NCBI RefSeq assembly: GCF_035594765.1
Contig: NC_085845.1
Span: 29,320,024 to 29,384,023 of the forward strand
Origin: Anolis carolinensis
Taxonomy: Eukaryota
DNA length: 64,000 nucleotides
Reading direction: 5' to 3'
In this document: positions 1-14,476 of the stretch, in pieces
How positions within the stretch are numbered: the first letter of the stretch is position 1
Layout: every line of letters starts with the position of its first letter
Program-made: the position numbers and the translations under genes
Notes under the pieces: generated by a model
Database searches by the model: none
Seen by the model: only the letters and a program-made list of their open reading frames with translations
What the model was told of the DNA's origin: nothing

Positions 1-1010
1 AGCAGCAGCCTGAAAATACGGAAAGGCATCCAGTATGTGGTCACCTGGGATTTGACCAAAAAGCATTTTGTGAAGTTTTGTGCTTGCTCAATGTATGCCT
101 TGTCTGGATAAATTTTAATTGAAACAAAAGATAAGAAAAATAAACATTTGAAGAACAGAAAGATCACAAATGGAGCTTACTCTGCTCTTTTAACTCTTTC
201 CTGGCAATTGCACTTGTAAATTTAGGTTCCATTTTATTGCACAAAAACTTGTGATAAAAATACATTGTTTTATGGATTTTGTTGTATTTTAATATTATGA
301 TAGTAGTACATGGTGTAATGGTTGAGCATTGGACTTGGACTCTGGAAACCAGGATTGGTATCCTCACTCAGCCATAAAACTAACAGGATGACCTTGGTCA
401 AGTCACTCTCCTTTAGGTTTAAAGTCACACAATAGCAAATCTTTTCTAAACAAATCTTTCCAAGAAACTCTATGATATGGTTGCCATAAGTCAGAAAAGA
501 CTTGAGAAAATTGGTACTACTGTTGTGTACCTTCAAGTCTTTTCTGAGAGCAATTATAGGCTGAAGGACCTGCTAATCTTCCTCCACTTTTGGTACTTGG
601 AGCAATTTCTCCCCTCAGCTGTCCTCCCTAACTTCCCGGCACTTACATTTCTGGAACAGTCAGAAAGTTCAAATGATGATTGGTTACTATTTGTGTATTT
701 ACCTGACAGGTGAATGACATGCCAAAATTCTGTTTAATCAGTTGTCCAAGTTTCTTGGCACATTGATAGTAACAGTATTGTGTGCGGACCAGAAATGGAA
801 AATGCTAATTTCCTGGTTCAACAGATCAGGGCAACAAAACTGAGATTTTTTAAAATCAACAAATAATGGTATCACATGACTGCTATCTTGTATAACTGCA
901 GGTAAAAGGTAGTACGGATTTCCTGACAAGAGGGAAAACAACAGTAGAGTTTGGTGGATTCCTTGTCATGGGGCAGTGACTCCATTTTGTGGTTTACTAT
1001 AGACTTTGAG

Positions 1011-1387
1011 ACTGGGGTCCCCAAAGTAGGGCCCACGGGCCGGATGTGACCCTCCAAGGTAATGTACCTACCTCTCTCCCTAAGCTTTAGACTTAGGGCT
1101 GCTCTAATGACTTGAAGGCATGCAATAACAACAATCCTAATTAACTTGACTATCTCATCAGCTAAAAGCAGCACCACGCTTCGCAGTGAAATACTAGCAA
1201 ATATATGTTGGTTAAAATTGTTCTTCATTTTAAATATTGTATTGTTCTTTCATTTTTTGCACTACACATAAAATATGTGCACTATGCATAGAAATTTGTT
1301 CATTTTTTTTCAAACTATAGTCCTGCCTCCCAACAGTCTGATGGACCATGAACCGACCCTCTGTTCAACAGGTTTGAGGATCCCTAC
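1011..1387. mobile_element. Non-autonomous hAT element (OC1/OposCharlie-like ends)
   Basis: degenerate CAGGGGTCC TIRs; subterminal 'caaactatagtcc..ctccaacagtctga' segment; same family as 62254-63383, inverted. Confidence 0.6.
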
Positions 1388-1945
1388 TTAAAGGAACTAT
1401 GCAAGATATTGAATCTGTTTCAATCCAGCTCTTTGGATAGTTCCTTTAAAGTGCAAACTAAAACCAAATTCACCACCAGAGGTGTTCATGGACAGTAGAG
1501 GGAGAAAATATGGGAAAAGGTATTAGCCTGGGTTAGATGGGATCACACTCTCCCTCAAAACACAGGTTCATACTTTGCATGGTATTCCTGGATAAGCCAG
1601 CTGGCTTTGTCTGATTGGTTGGGAGCAGGTGTAAGCTGGTGCTCACCTTGATTGGTGGAGGTGCTGGTGATGTAGATGGGGATCTGCTGGGCAGCTGGCA
1701 GCTGGATCTCTGCCGAGCTCCAGGAAGGTCCTTTGTCTCACAGATTGTGTCCCATCTCTGCTTCTCACACAAGGCATGGAAGGAGCATCTGGAATTGCTC
1801 AAGAAAGGTTACTGAAATACATAGGTTCATGTGCATTTGCCTTCATTTTATAGAGTTTAATAAATAATAACAACAACAATAGATAAAACTATAAAAGAGA
1901 GTTCATGTGGTGCTTGGTATAGACTCATAGAGATAAAAGAAGAGG

Positions 1946-2346
1946 CTGAACAGAACTGGGCATGTTTAGCCTGCAGAAGAGAAGGCTGAGAGGAGACATG
2001 ATAGCCATGTACAAATATGTGAGGGGAAGTCATAGGGAGGAGGGAGCAAGCTTGTTTTCTGCTGCCCTGCAGACTAGGACACGGAACAATGGCTTCAAAC
2101 TACAGGAAAGGAGATTCCACCTGAACATCAGGAAGAACTTCCTCACTGTGAGAGCTGTTCGACAGTGGAACTCTCTCCCCCGGACTGTGGTGGAGGCTCC
2201 TTCTTTGGAGGCTTTTAAACAGAGGCTGGATGGCCATCTGTCGGGGGTGCTCTGAATGCAATTTCCTGCTTCTTGGCAGGGGGTTGGACTGGATGGCCCA
2301 TGAGGTCTCTTCCAACTCTACTATTCTATGATTCTATGATTCTATG
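1946..2346 (+). mobile_element. CR1 LINE 3' end, 5'-truncated, young
   Basis: ORF2 C-terminus LFSLQKRRLRGDMI...WNSLP; (ATTCTATG)n tail. Confidence 0.95.
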
Positions 2347-4647
2347 ACAGTGAGGGTCTCACCATGGCTGAACCAGAGAGAGGAAACGTCATTTGCTATA
2401 TTTGCTTAGATTTTATCCCCTCTGCTCATGTGTACATTCACAGCAAATAAAAATAAAAAATAAAAAAATAAAAAGGAAGAAAAGAAAAGAAAGAAGATTA
2501 AAAGAAATATGAAAAGATACATAGTAGCAGCGGTTTGGGTAATAGGGGTGTTTTAGATATATTGTAGCCATCTGGCTTGTTTCTTAGCTGGGAGGGAAGG
2601 AGAGGATCAGCTGGGCGATCTCCATTAAGGCTGTGGAGATTCGCTGGAGCGGACCAGCTCGAGTCAAACAGCTGAGCAAGAGTGTGTGCCCATGTGCAGG
2701 GGCTCGGGGGGCTATGGAGCGTGGGCTGCTGCTGGTCCTTGGGAGGCTCGAGGGAGGTCATGGGGGCAAAGGCCATTTTCAATTCATCTGGCCTTTCATC
2801 CTTGGCAAATTACAATTCCTGCAGATCAACCTATGTGTTCTTTTTCTTAGGGGTGGGGTTGGGGTCTTTCATGTTACAGAGGTAAAATATGCTCAACACA
2901 GGCAAAGAAAGAAAAATAGCTTATTGTTTATACAAGTAGTTCATTTCTTGCAGATAATAGAAAAATGCCAGTAGAAAATGTAAAAGATTAAATGTATCAA
3001 AAGTTAAATTTGATTCATTTGCATTTCAATATTTACTCTTCCTTTCAAGTATAAATTAATTTTCTGTCAGTGTAGATGATTAGTGACAAGCTGCTTGCAG
3101 AAGCTACAAAAAGAACATAGAGCTCTTTCAAATACTTGAAAAGAAATGGGTCTGTATGCTTCTCTTCAGACTAAATAGTATTTTCATTAGGATTAAAGGT
3201 ATTGTGGGCTTTTCTCCATAAAGTCCTAAACTGGCCCACTTTTCATTGATTTGCCACCAGGCTTTTAACCTCCTCCTGACTGACATACTAAGATGTCAAC
3301 TATTAAGAGGTGCAAAACTCAGGCTATAGAGAAAAATCCTGGCCTCTTGTGATTCCATCTGATAGCCATGGCATATTTTTTTCTGTTTGAAAAGCATTAA
3401 GTGGTTTCTAGACTACCAGCTATTGGCAATAATAGCTTCAACCTAAATTATACTGGTTTTTTTCTCCTCCACCACAACTGAAATGTGGCCCCTGAATACT
3501 TTTCTGAAATTGAATTTGCTTCTCTGGCTAAAAGAGATTCTTCCTTTTGAGATCCTAGATGTTTTAGCAGCTGCCATCTAGAAAGGAATCCCTCTGTGAT
3601 AATTATGTTGTTTTTTTGGAACAGAAAATATTTCTAGAATTTCCATATTGTGTGTGTTTATTCAAAAGCAAGGCCTTCTTAAATCAGGAAAGCTTACTTC
3701 TAGATCAATATGCAAAAAATCAGACTACAGTATAACTGTTTCAGGAGCAGCTTTTAAACTTAGGCCTAGTTCTCCAAGCCTGATGCTGGTATCCCACCTT
3801 ATTTTCTCTGTGAACATTAAACCTGCTGAGTTTAGTCTCTAATATTCCTTGTCCAACAATGTTCACCAATTCACCATCTCTATAGGACTTCTTCCTCTTC
3901 TTCTTTTGCAATTGAACACTTCCAGATTGTCCTCCATGATCTTCTTGGTTCCTACTAGAGCTTGAAAAGTCACATCTAAAAAGTTGCTTCTGAACTTTGG
4001 ATCCTCCAACTACAACTAGTTGCAAATGTCATATACAGTAGGATTGGATGTGCAACATTTTTAGCAAATATATTGCAATACCAACAGATGTGAGAATGAA
4101 TTTGGACACTCTAGTATGCATTTTCTTCAGATGTCCCAATTTGGCAGATGTAGTCCTAATTAATCCTGGATAGTCCCAGATTGATGATGGTGGTGGTGGT
4201 GGTGATGATGATGATGATTAGGTTTTTAATGTTCTCTCTATTACATTGGAACAGCCAATGGCACCTCCTGGAGATTTCAGAAGACACTAAAAGCCATTGG
4301 TTGGTGCATTTTTCTCTGCCACCAAATTTCGGGGATGGCACAGACATTGTAGGGTGCTACATATTCCCTCAGCATTTTTATACCCCTGATCAAAGGAAGA
4401 GTGAAATTTTGGATCAGTCCTATGGCCCTGAATTCTATCAAACTGTAAAACAGGCTTCAGTGCAGATTGACAAAAGTGCAACCAAATTCAGGCCCTATCT
4501 AAACTGCCATATCATGCAGGTTGAAACTGGATTATATGGCAGTGTGGGTGGGGCTTCAGCCTCACTGCAGGGATGTCTATAACATAGAGGCTACGTGTAA
4601 CACTGTGAGCCTGTATAGGGGTTGCAAGAAACTATAGGAGACCTACA

Positions 4648-5346
4648 GTGGATCTATGCTGCAGAATTAATGCAGCTTGGAGCCATTTTAACGGCCATGG
4701 CTCAATGCTATGGAATTCTGGGATTTGTAGTTCGGTGAGGCACTAGCCCTTGCAAAGCTATAATTCCCTTGAGTCCATAGCATTGAGCAATGGCACTTAA
4801 ACTGGTGTCAAACTGCATTAATTCTACAGTGAGGCCGGGCTGTGGTACAGCTGGTTAGTAGCCAGCTGCAATAAATCACTACTGACCGAGAGGTCATGGG
4901 TTCGAAGCCCGGGTCTGATTGAGTGACCAACCATTAAATAGCCCCAGCTCATTGTTTGCCTAAGCAACCCGAAAGACAGTTGCATCTGTCAAGTAGGAAC
5001 ATTTAGGGACCACTTATGCATGGAGGTGAATTTAACTAATTTACGTCACTATAAAAATGTCCAGCAGCGTGCGTGGCCGAAGATGAGGAAGTACTACATC
5101 AAGGATTCGGCGTCACAGTGGATGATGAAGCAGCAGCTCCCCCTTGGGCCGGAATCGAACATAACCTCATAAAGCCAGAAGCTGGAAATGTTAAATAGCT
5201 TCTGTGTCTCTGTCTCTGTGTGTTGTATGTCTATGGCATTAAATGTTTGCCATGTATGAGTACATTGTAATCCGTCCTAAGTTCCCTTCGGGGTGAGAAG
5301 GGCGGAATATAAATATTGTAAATAAATAAATACAGTGTAGATCCAC
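4648..5346. mobile_element. Harbinger-like MITE (TIR GTGGATCTACACTGTAGAATTAATGCAG) interrupted by a SINE
   Basis: inverted termini; related copies at ~10268-10488, 25512-26005, 40262-40462, 57516-57746. Confidence 0.7.
4832..5330 (+). mobile_element. Full-length tRNA-headed SINE with L2-type tail (Anolis SINE2-like)
   Basis: A/B boxes (GGTTCGAAGCCC), L2 3' tail + (AAAT)n, 7-bp TSD TACAGTG at 4825-4831 / 5331-5337. Confidence 0.85.
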
Positions 5347-6108
5347 GCTGTGCCCCCAATCAGCCATGAAATTCACCAGATGACTTTGGCCGTTCGTGTT
5401 CTCTCATTCTGACGTGTTTAACAATATTTTCCTGGGCATAAAGTGGGAAGGGGGGAAGCATGGGACTAAACTGTAACTAAAACAACACAGTAATACCAAC
5501 ACCATGATGAATCCCTTCTTTCTAAAGAATGTAAATGGGAACTTTAGTATTTTTACCCCTTTGGAGTATAAAGTTTCCAGAACATATAAGTATGGGGATT
5601 CTAGGTTTGTATGGCAAGGTAGCCTTAACATTCTCTGTTCATAGTTGTGTTCTTTTGGCAACAGTGTAACATATCAAGGATATTACAATACAAACCCCAC
5701 TTAAACTTTTCTTTGGTGTATGCATTGCTTTTATTCAAATATAACATCTACGTACAACAATATGGACCTTTATAGAAGGTCATCAGAATTTAACAGTGGG
5801 TCAAATGAAAAATGTACTGAGTCGTAACTGGTAATATTCTGTGGCACAATCCAGGTAGAATTAACCACTTACATCATATTATTTTGGTAGGTATAAACCC
5901 ACAATTCTATATGCCCTTATTTAGAAGTAAGCCTTGCTAAATCTATCACAACTTACTCCTGAATAAACATATAAGATTATGCTATATATGTCTCTCATTG
6001 GAATTAATGGGGCTGAAAATACTTAACTGTTATTAGATTAAGGTTTAATGTTGTATACAATCTTTTATGTTTTCTTGTTGTCTGTAGGATTTATTTTCAT
6101 TTCCAAAA

Positions 6109-6444
<336 letters not shown>

Positions 6445-6844
6445 TTAGAGCAAGGGTGGAAAAAGAGTGGTCCATGAGTCTCATGAAGCCCTCAGTCCTT
6501 TCTAACCATCATGCCAATGACAAATGCTATCTCCAGAAGCTTCCAGGGCAGGGGGGACAGAGGGGAATGTATTGTCAGGGTCACTTTTGTGGCCCCAAGG
6601 GCCCCTCCTGGTTTTTTTTCCTTCTCCAAAATGCTTTAGAGAATGTTGGAGATTTTTTTCAATATTTTTGGCCCCATCTGGCTATTTCAGGGGGTGACCT
6701 GGAAATTAACTCAGAAGCATTTTTGCCACTGAAATACAGTCCTCAAAAAACTTGAATTCAAGCTAAAGATAATTCAAGACTCTTGGCCTGTTTGGTATTG
6801 GACTTATATGTTCATACAAACTCATGAGCCAAGTACATGCTTAC

Positions 6845-6946
6845 CTGCACATTCCATTCCTTCAAAATATCGATGTTTGTAGATGGCTGAACAGTTTTCC
6901 ATTAAATAAACGTACCCCCACTTAAGGGCATATTGTCTTGTAAAAG
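6845..6946 (-). CDS. CFI: CFI exon 12 (LKWGYVYLMENCSAIYKHRYFEGMECAG)
   Basis: manual translation; 102 nt, phase 1-1. Confidence 0.96.
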
Positions 6947-8009
6947 CTAGAGATAAAAAAATAGAGTGAAAATCAACACATGATATATTTTTGAAATTGT
7001 GATTTGCTGTACTACACGAACAAATTCCCTATAGACTGCCATCTCTCCCTGATACATCAAATGACCCCAAATCTACCCCATTCACCAGTGGCTGGAGTGA
7101 TCCAGCTTTACCCTTTCTAAGTCATTTAGCTGACATATCAACTACATGGAGCAGCAGTTAAGAACTCCCAGAAATGTAAGCAATCCAGCTTGCAGTAAGC
7201 AGAAACAAGAAACGAATGGGCACAGTCATTATAATGGAAGGAGTGCTTGTGAAAGAAGACTCTTTGAAGCTTAGCAAGAAAAGCAACTGGATGTGAGAAA
7301 AGGGCCTACCCAGGTTGCTTAAAGCACATGTGTCAAATGCCAAGGATGAATCCGGCCCACCATGTCATTTTATGTGGCCCTCCAGATGCTGGACTACAAC
7401 TCCGGTATTCCTCATCATTAGGTGTCATGATTAGAGCCGATGGGAGTTGTGATACATGAACATCTGGAAGGCTGCAGTTTGTTCTGTTTAGTCAGGATAG
7501 TGGGGATTGGTTTTAGATACATGGCTTGAGGATATGATGTCTGACGTTAAAATGTCCTTTATACTTTTCTCAACCTTAAATCCACAAGTGCAGTTGGGTT
7601 ACAATTCTCGTTATTCCCAGTCTACATGGTAGATAATAAAAAATGATGGAAGTTGTCATTCAATAACATCGGAGTGCCCAAACTGGGTAAAAACTGAACA
7701 GCACTGATCGCTATGTAAAAAAATTATAGTTGGTGCTCTGTATCCAGATTCTCTTTCCATGGATTCAATGGTCCCTTGAAGACAACTATAAGGCTAATGT
7801 GGCTCTCAATTAAAACTAGTTTGACATGATAACTTAGGTATTTTGCTGTCAGAAGCAAGGAAAGGTGCCCCTCCCAGTCATTCTCGGTATAGGAACTGAC
7901 TGGCAGCTAGCTCTCATTTTAACATTGGCAACATGTGAGTGTCTTTCACCAAGAGAGGGAAATGTCTCAGGAGTTTTAGGAGGAAAGATTTAGAAAGCGG
8001 TCACTTTGG

Positions 8010-8210
8010 TCTGCCAGCATATGAGGAGGCAGGGCAAAAAGGGGAAGCATGCCAAGAGGAAAGCATGTCAAACAAACCTTTCTCATGACACTCTTCCATC
8101 TAGAAATCGATGTCCTCATTGTGAAAGAACATGTGGATCCAGAACAGGTTCCCACCACCAAGACTCTACCCTTAGAACACAATCACACTTGGCCACAAGT
8201 GATTGCCTAT
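8010..8210 (+). mobile_element. RTE LINE 3' fragment
   Basis: CPHCERTCGSR zinc-finger-like tail; related copy at 38595-38770. Confidence 0.7.
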
Positions 8211-8228
8211 AGCTAGACAAAAGATTAC

Positions 8229-8503
8229 CTTCATCAAATCCCCAGCCAGAAACTTTGCACTGATGACCGCTTCTGAACATATATCGTGACCAAGGGATGC
8301 ATACTGGCACAGAATTGGGTGGTTGACATCTCCCCAGGTCCTTAGGTTTCAACTCCAGCAAAGCAATGTCATTTTTATATGTTTTGGAATCATAGTTTTC
8401 ATGGATTATCACTCTTTTTAAATTAAATGTGTCTATTCCATCATTTGTTCTTATTGAGTTTAACATTCCAGTAAATATCCTATACACATGTGTACGGCTT
8501 GCT
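8229..8503 (-). CDS. CFI: CFI exon 11 (NDIALLEL catalytic Asp; SGWG)
   Basis: ORF 8116-8619; 275 nt. Confidence 0.98.
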
Positions 8504-9302
8504 CTGCAGAAAGAAAAAAAAAGCAATATCAACTTCAAGTTCAGCCGAGAAAAGGTGTAAATATTACCCTGGAATAAATTTCCAATTATTGAATTTGGCA
8601 GACAGCTTATGTTTAACATAAAAACCTTCTGGTTTTCAAAATCACTTTTGTTTTCTTCAGGGATTCTTCAGTGATGTTATCTTGATCAGTAAAGTTCTAC
8701 AAATATATGTATAGTACTTTGTTTTAATCAGGTTATCACAAATCATATCCAGGAGACTTTATGATTCTTGTGGATGTCCAATTGGTAAAAATTGTCAGCA
8801 TCAACCTATATGTTTGTTAGAAGTTAAGAAGCCTCAATCCTGTAACAAGTAACCAGTTGATCAATAGCCTTGGTGGCCTTGGGTATCTAATTCCCTTTTG
8901 ACCTAAGAGCCTTATTACAATTGTGTTGTGTGGCCATAAAAATGCTATGCAATCAAGATTACTGTCTTCCTTGTGCACCTTCAAAATCATTCTGGGATTA
9001 CTGTGTCCATTAGTGCCCAAACCTTATCATACAGAGACTAACTCTTCCAACTTTATCTCAGCCCCTTCTAATTGTTTCTTTACCCTCCTTCTACCACGTT
9101 TGCGTTCATGTTGTTGTGGAAGGTACCTTGGGCATTACTCATGCATGGAAGGTCTTGGGTGAGAAAGGCGGGGTAGAAATGTTGTAAATAAAATAAAATA
9201 AATAAGGCAACAAGTAGAAAGTCAAAGTCAAGAACTGCATTCCTTTAACTTGTGTTTCCTTTCTACTTCGATTCTACATATTCTGGTTCTATAGCATCAT
9301 GG

Positions 9303-9306
<4 letters not shown>

Positions 9307-9346
<40 letters not shown>
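9307..9346. repeat. (GT)n microsatellite
   Basis: direct observation; second (GT)n at 9541-9582. Confidence 0.99.
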
Positions 9347-9354
<8 letters not shown>

Positions 9355-9538
9355 AAATGAGATGCTACCTTGGCATGGTAGCATTGGAACAACTGAGATT
9401 TCAGAAAGGGGCTAGATCTCCCACCCAAAGCACACAACTACTGACCATTCCTTGACCATCCAAAATCAACATAAGAGAACAGCTGAACTTTTGCACAGGG
9501 CACCATAATGTGAAAGAAGTGGGAAAGCAGATCAATAG

Positions 9539-9585
<47 letters not shown>

Positions 9586-9629
9586 GTAAAATGAATCAAT
9601 AGTAAAATGGTCTTCTACTGGACAAAATC

Positions 9630-9674
<45 letters not shown>
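9630..9674. repeat. (AAT)n microsatellite at an L2-type tail
   Basis: direct observation. Confidence 0.95.
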
Positions 9675-9677
<3 letters not shown>

Positions 9678-11112
9678 CAACTTTATTTTTAACCCACCCT
9701 CTCTCCCTGAGGGGACTCAGGACGGCTTCCAAAGACAAAAAAGGCAAAAATCCCAAACATTCAATGCCATGGGAATAACAAAATAAAACATTAAAACAAA
9801 CACTTAAAAATACTCAAACACAATAAACCACTCAGACAGTTAAAATAAATAACTAAACATCTAGGCTAAAGAAATACGTCAGTATGAAGAGCAACATGTC
9901 TCGTAGGAAGCTTTAGCAGAAGACACTATTATGCAGATACAATTTCACTTTACTTGCCTCATGCAATAAGGCCCTAAATAACCATTTTTAATATGTAATC
10001 TCCATTTTGGGCTTATTACTTTCTCAATCTTCAAGAATTTCTGTGACACATTAATATTTTACTTTTTGCAAAAAAAAAAAAAGTTAATACTTGCACATTT
10101 TCAATTTTTTTAATGTGAGCTGTTCATTTTTCCCCCTATATATACTAGCAGGAAAGTCATGTGCTGCATTTCATGTCTTCTTGTTTATTGCTGGTGAGCC
10201 ACCTTCTTTTAATTATTTTTTTTTAAAAATTCTGAGGTCTATCTTTTAGGCAACTGTCAGCCATTGAAGGCACATCTACACTGTAGAATTAATGTAATTT
10301 GACACCACTTTAACTGCCAGGCTCAATGCTATGGAATCCTGAAAGTTATCATTTTGTGAAGCCCAGGTACTCTCTGAAAGAGAAGGCTAAAGACCTTGTA
10401 GAAGTACAACTCCCACGATCCCATTAACATTGAGCCATAACCGTTAAGGTGGTATCAAACTGCATTACTCCTACAGCTGAGATGCACCATGAGAATGCAA
10501 TTTAACCATATCCTGTAAACATTAAATTTATTTGATATTAAAGTATTTACACAGTGGATAAGCATCTAACTTTAAAAACAAGGGATAAAGGTTTTGTGCG
10601 AAGGGCAGGTGAAAGCTAGGTACAAATGTGAGATAGAACTTCGCTGCATAGACTTTACAAGCACAATATGCCTTTAACTATTCCCACTTATTTCTGAAAC
10701 CATCTTCTAAATTTAAGAGGAAATACACATTATTTCATCATATATGAGGTCAGGATTTTGATTACAGTATATGCATATTTTGTTATTATGATAATTTGAA
10801 CTGTATTGGACATCAACTTGGAATGTATTGTGATTATACCAGAGCATAAAATACTTTGGAAAGTTAGGTTTTAAGGCGATATTCAACCAAATTCTCTGTT
10901 TTGAGTGGTTTGAATGAAAATTTAGTTAAGATGGTTTATCATCTTTTTCTTCAACCACACTATTTATTTTGATTCGTTAGAATTATAGTTTAGGCATGAT
11001 GATTTACCTTGAATTCTCCTTTTCTTCTTTTTTCCTCTATGACATAGAGTCAGTGTTGATTTTTAAAATAATTTTATTACAAAGGTTTTTCTCAAACCAT
11101 TCAAGCCACTTA

Positions 11113-11286
<174 letters not shown>

Positions 11287-12778
11287 TTACTATCAGTATT
11301 ACTTGTCAATATGCATGGCTTGTAGTATTTGTTAAGAGTTGTTCTTGCCAATTGTATAACTAATGAACAATTTGGAGTACTGACTATAACTCATAAATCC
11401 ATGTATGGCTCAGGTCTAAGCTATTTGCCAGATCATGTCTCCCTAGATGAGATGGCCTGGGCTCTGACAATGCAGTTTCTAACTGTGCCATATAGTTAGT
11501 GTAGACTCACAGAAAGCAGTTCAACTGTACGATATGAATCTGCAGTGTGGCCATAAAATGCAGTTTCAAACTGCATTATATGGCAGTGTTGATGGGACCT
11601 AAGTCCTGCCACCATCGCAAACACAATTCCTGGGAATGTCAGAGCACCTTCCTGGTGGCTGTTCTTAGACTTCTCAGTTCTCTTCCCAAGGAGGCCAGAA
11701 TGGCTGCCTCCTTGTATTTCTATCTGCAACCTTTTTTATTGTTCAGACAGGCTTTTAGAACAGGAAGGTTTTAAAAATACAATAGGATGCTACATTGTTT
11801 TAACTAAACTATTTTAAAGAGTTTTTCATCTTTTTACTTCATTTGATTCTTTTAACTTGAACTTTGATTTGTTTTAATACTTTAAATAGTTTACTTCTAT
11901 TGCTATGTTCACTTTTTATGTTTTAATTGTATTATACTTTTAAATTGTGAGCCTTATTGATTCCAATTTTTTTTGGAGGGGGAGTGAGATATAAATAAAT
12001 ACAACAATGATGATGAATGAACAAATAGGAATTAGCAAGCTTTTCCTTTTATACAGACAACATAAGTTGCCAAAACCTTAAATTTTTTAAGGATAGAAAT
12101 ATATGCGTTATGTACATTGCTGATGCAAACAATAAGTTAATTTTACAGAATGAATACTTTCATTTGGTACTTAGGTAGAACTAGTTATTAGCTACTTCCT
12201 GAATATCATGCCTGCATGTCATGAGTTTTCACTATCCATTATGTCTATCTGCCACTATATGTATGACTAATTTAGTCCTGCCATTATTAGCTCTCCACAT
12301 TTCAGGTTGAACTTTTGTAGATTAGATTAATCACAGATTTCATTGATGTATTCTGTCTGAAAATAGCTAGTTTCTCCAGTTGGACTATAAAGCTGTGTTA
12401 AAATACCATAGAGTCTCCTACAGTTGTATTCGCTCAACTAATAAACCCCAGCATTTTTAATTCACATTTTTCCACGTTTGTGCTCTCCTGCTCCTCTAAC
12501 CCCAGTGGATGTGGAGGGTTAACTGTAGCAGTTTTTTTTGCCAGCGGTTCACCTTCCTATTTATTTAATTATTTATTTACAACATTTATATCTTGCCCTT
12601 TTCACTTTGAAGGGGACTCAGGGCAGCTTACATGAGTGGCATTATTTCATGCCCAAACAACAATTTAAAAAATCCAGCAACAATTTAAAACAATGCTAAA
12701 ACAACATATGTAAACATTAGCCTATTATTGTCAAATGTTTACATATGTTGTAAAAGAAGATTATTGTTCTTCCTTTAC

Positions 12779-12882
12779 CTTTTGTGCCGTATTTCCTCCT
12801 AAGATTCGTTTCCAGCGAGTAATGGTGCGGTTTGCAATGCCACAGTGCAGTTGTGGTAAAAAAGTTTTTATCTTTCTTCTTT
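12779..12882 (-). CDS. CFI: CFI exon 9 (ERRKIKTFLPQLHCGIANRTITRWKR/ILGGNTAQK; heavy/light chain junction)
   Basis: 104 nt; furin site followed by ILGG protease N-terminus. Confidence 0.97.
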
Positions 12883-13845
12883 CTTTAATCAAAGAGGGAA
12901 ACAGTGTTATTTTTGTAGAACATTCACTTGGTTTATAATTTGCTTATAATTTGCTTCCTATTACTTTTTTTAAAGTTCCTCTAAGGGGTAATAAGTTATA
13001 GGAGGTCACTAGTACACCTTATTATGCAAGTGGAAGAAAGCACAATGAAAGGTTTAGGATTTATCAAGTTATTTACAAAATTGACCACATGAGAGTAAAT
13101 AGATTTTCAAAAGAAGTGCACAACTTCCAACAGGTATCATATTCCTAAAGAAAGCAACTTCCAGAGGAATAACCCAAAAATAGCAAGTTCAGCTTTTTTC
13201 TTGCATTTCTATGGCAAACATTTTCTCTCTTATTCTTTGTCTACTTTTTTTTCTGTCACCTTTTTGCACCCTGCTAGGTTACAGTCCAAAATCTATGCAT
13301 TATTTTGATATGCAGCGGAACACATTTTGTGCTGGAGGAGGGAATCGCCCTTGGGGAAGGAGAAGGCTGGGATGGAGGAGGCACTGGCAAACTGCCTGAG
13401 GTCTGCCCACCAGATGTTCTCCATCTTTGGCATACTGCCTTTGACCTTCTGTCCTGCAGCTTTGAAATGCCCTCCTGAGACAGACTTGCTCTGCTCTAAC
13501 TTTACTAAATGTTAGGATTTCATTGCTTTTATGTCTGATCTGTCAGACCATTGAATGTTTAATATTTCAGCCAGTTCTTGACAGATTCAAAAGAAGCTGT
13601 GAGGTTTGTTTTCAAGGTGCACCATCTGTTCACTACCCTGTGAGCATCCAACTTGACATGGGTGGACATACAATTTTTATATATTTCAGTAAATAAATTC
13701 AGTAAATATATATGGGGAAACAGTTATTCATAACTGCACAGTTGCAAAAGATCATCTGAGATCCCATTAACTTTTTCCATATCATGCCCAATTTTCTAGA
13801 CATCTATCATCATGTCCCCTTTAACTCCCATTTTCTAACCTAAAA

Positions 13846-14125
13846 GAAGCCTCCGGTGGCCTAGGGGATAAAAGCCTTGTGACTTGAAGGTTGGGTTGCT
13901 GACCTGAAGGCTGCCAGGTTCGAATCCCCCCCGGGGAGAGTGCGGATGAGCTCCCTCTATCAGCTCCAGCTCCATGCGGGGACATGAGAGAAGCCTCCCA
14001 CAAGGATGGTAAAACATCAAAACATCCGGGCGTCCCCTGGGCAACGTCCTTGCAGACAGCCAATTCTCTCACTCCAGAAGCAACTCAGTTTGCTTCTGAC
14101 ATGGAAAAACAAAAACAAAAACAAA
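13846..14125 (+). mobile_element. tRNA-derived Anolis SINE (ACASINE-like)
   Basis: B box GGTTCGAATCC, A-rich tail, 9-bp TSD AACCTAAAA at 13837-13845 / 14126-14134. Confidence 0.88.
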
Positions 14126-14178
14126 AACCTAAAACTACAAACTCTGTAGCCTTAAATGAAATTATACAGCAGATTTAC

Positions 14179-14214
14179 CTTCATCCATTGAGTCTTCTGC
14201 TTGTTCTGTTTCTT
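14179..14214 (-). CDS. CFI: CFI exon 8, 36-nt micro-exon (EETEQAEDSMDE)
   Basis: resembles human EETEILTADMDAE; canonical splice sites. Confidence 0.9.
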
Positions 14215-14476
14215 CTGCAGCAAAACAAAATTTTACAAATAATTAAACTATTGTTACTAAAATAGTGGCTCAAGCTGCGTAGTGTCATCCCCTTCAATGA
14301 TATGTCAATGTTTGTTATAAAGTTGTCAACTTTTCACTATTGGTTCCAGTTGGCCTTTAGCAGTTCTTTGATTTTGTTAGCATTAGCACAGGATAATGCT
14401 GAAAAAGCGGAAAACACTTGCATGTGAAATCTGTTAGTATGGGCTCAAGAGCAAAACAAGTTCCTAAATGCAATTA

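Noticed and set aside
1-6000. PLA2G12A or CASP6 exons expected from synteny
   Set aside because: No recognisable coding exon found here; ORFs are repeat-derived or spurious.
13846-13935. tRNA-like A/B boxes (also 4832-4915, 33955-34030)
   Set aside because: SINE heads with body, tail and TSDs; no intact cloverleaf.
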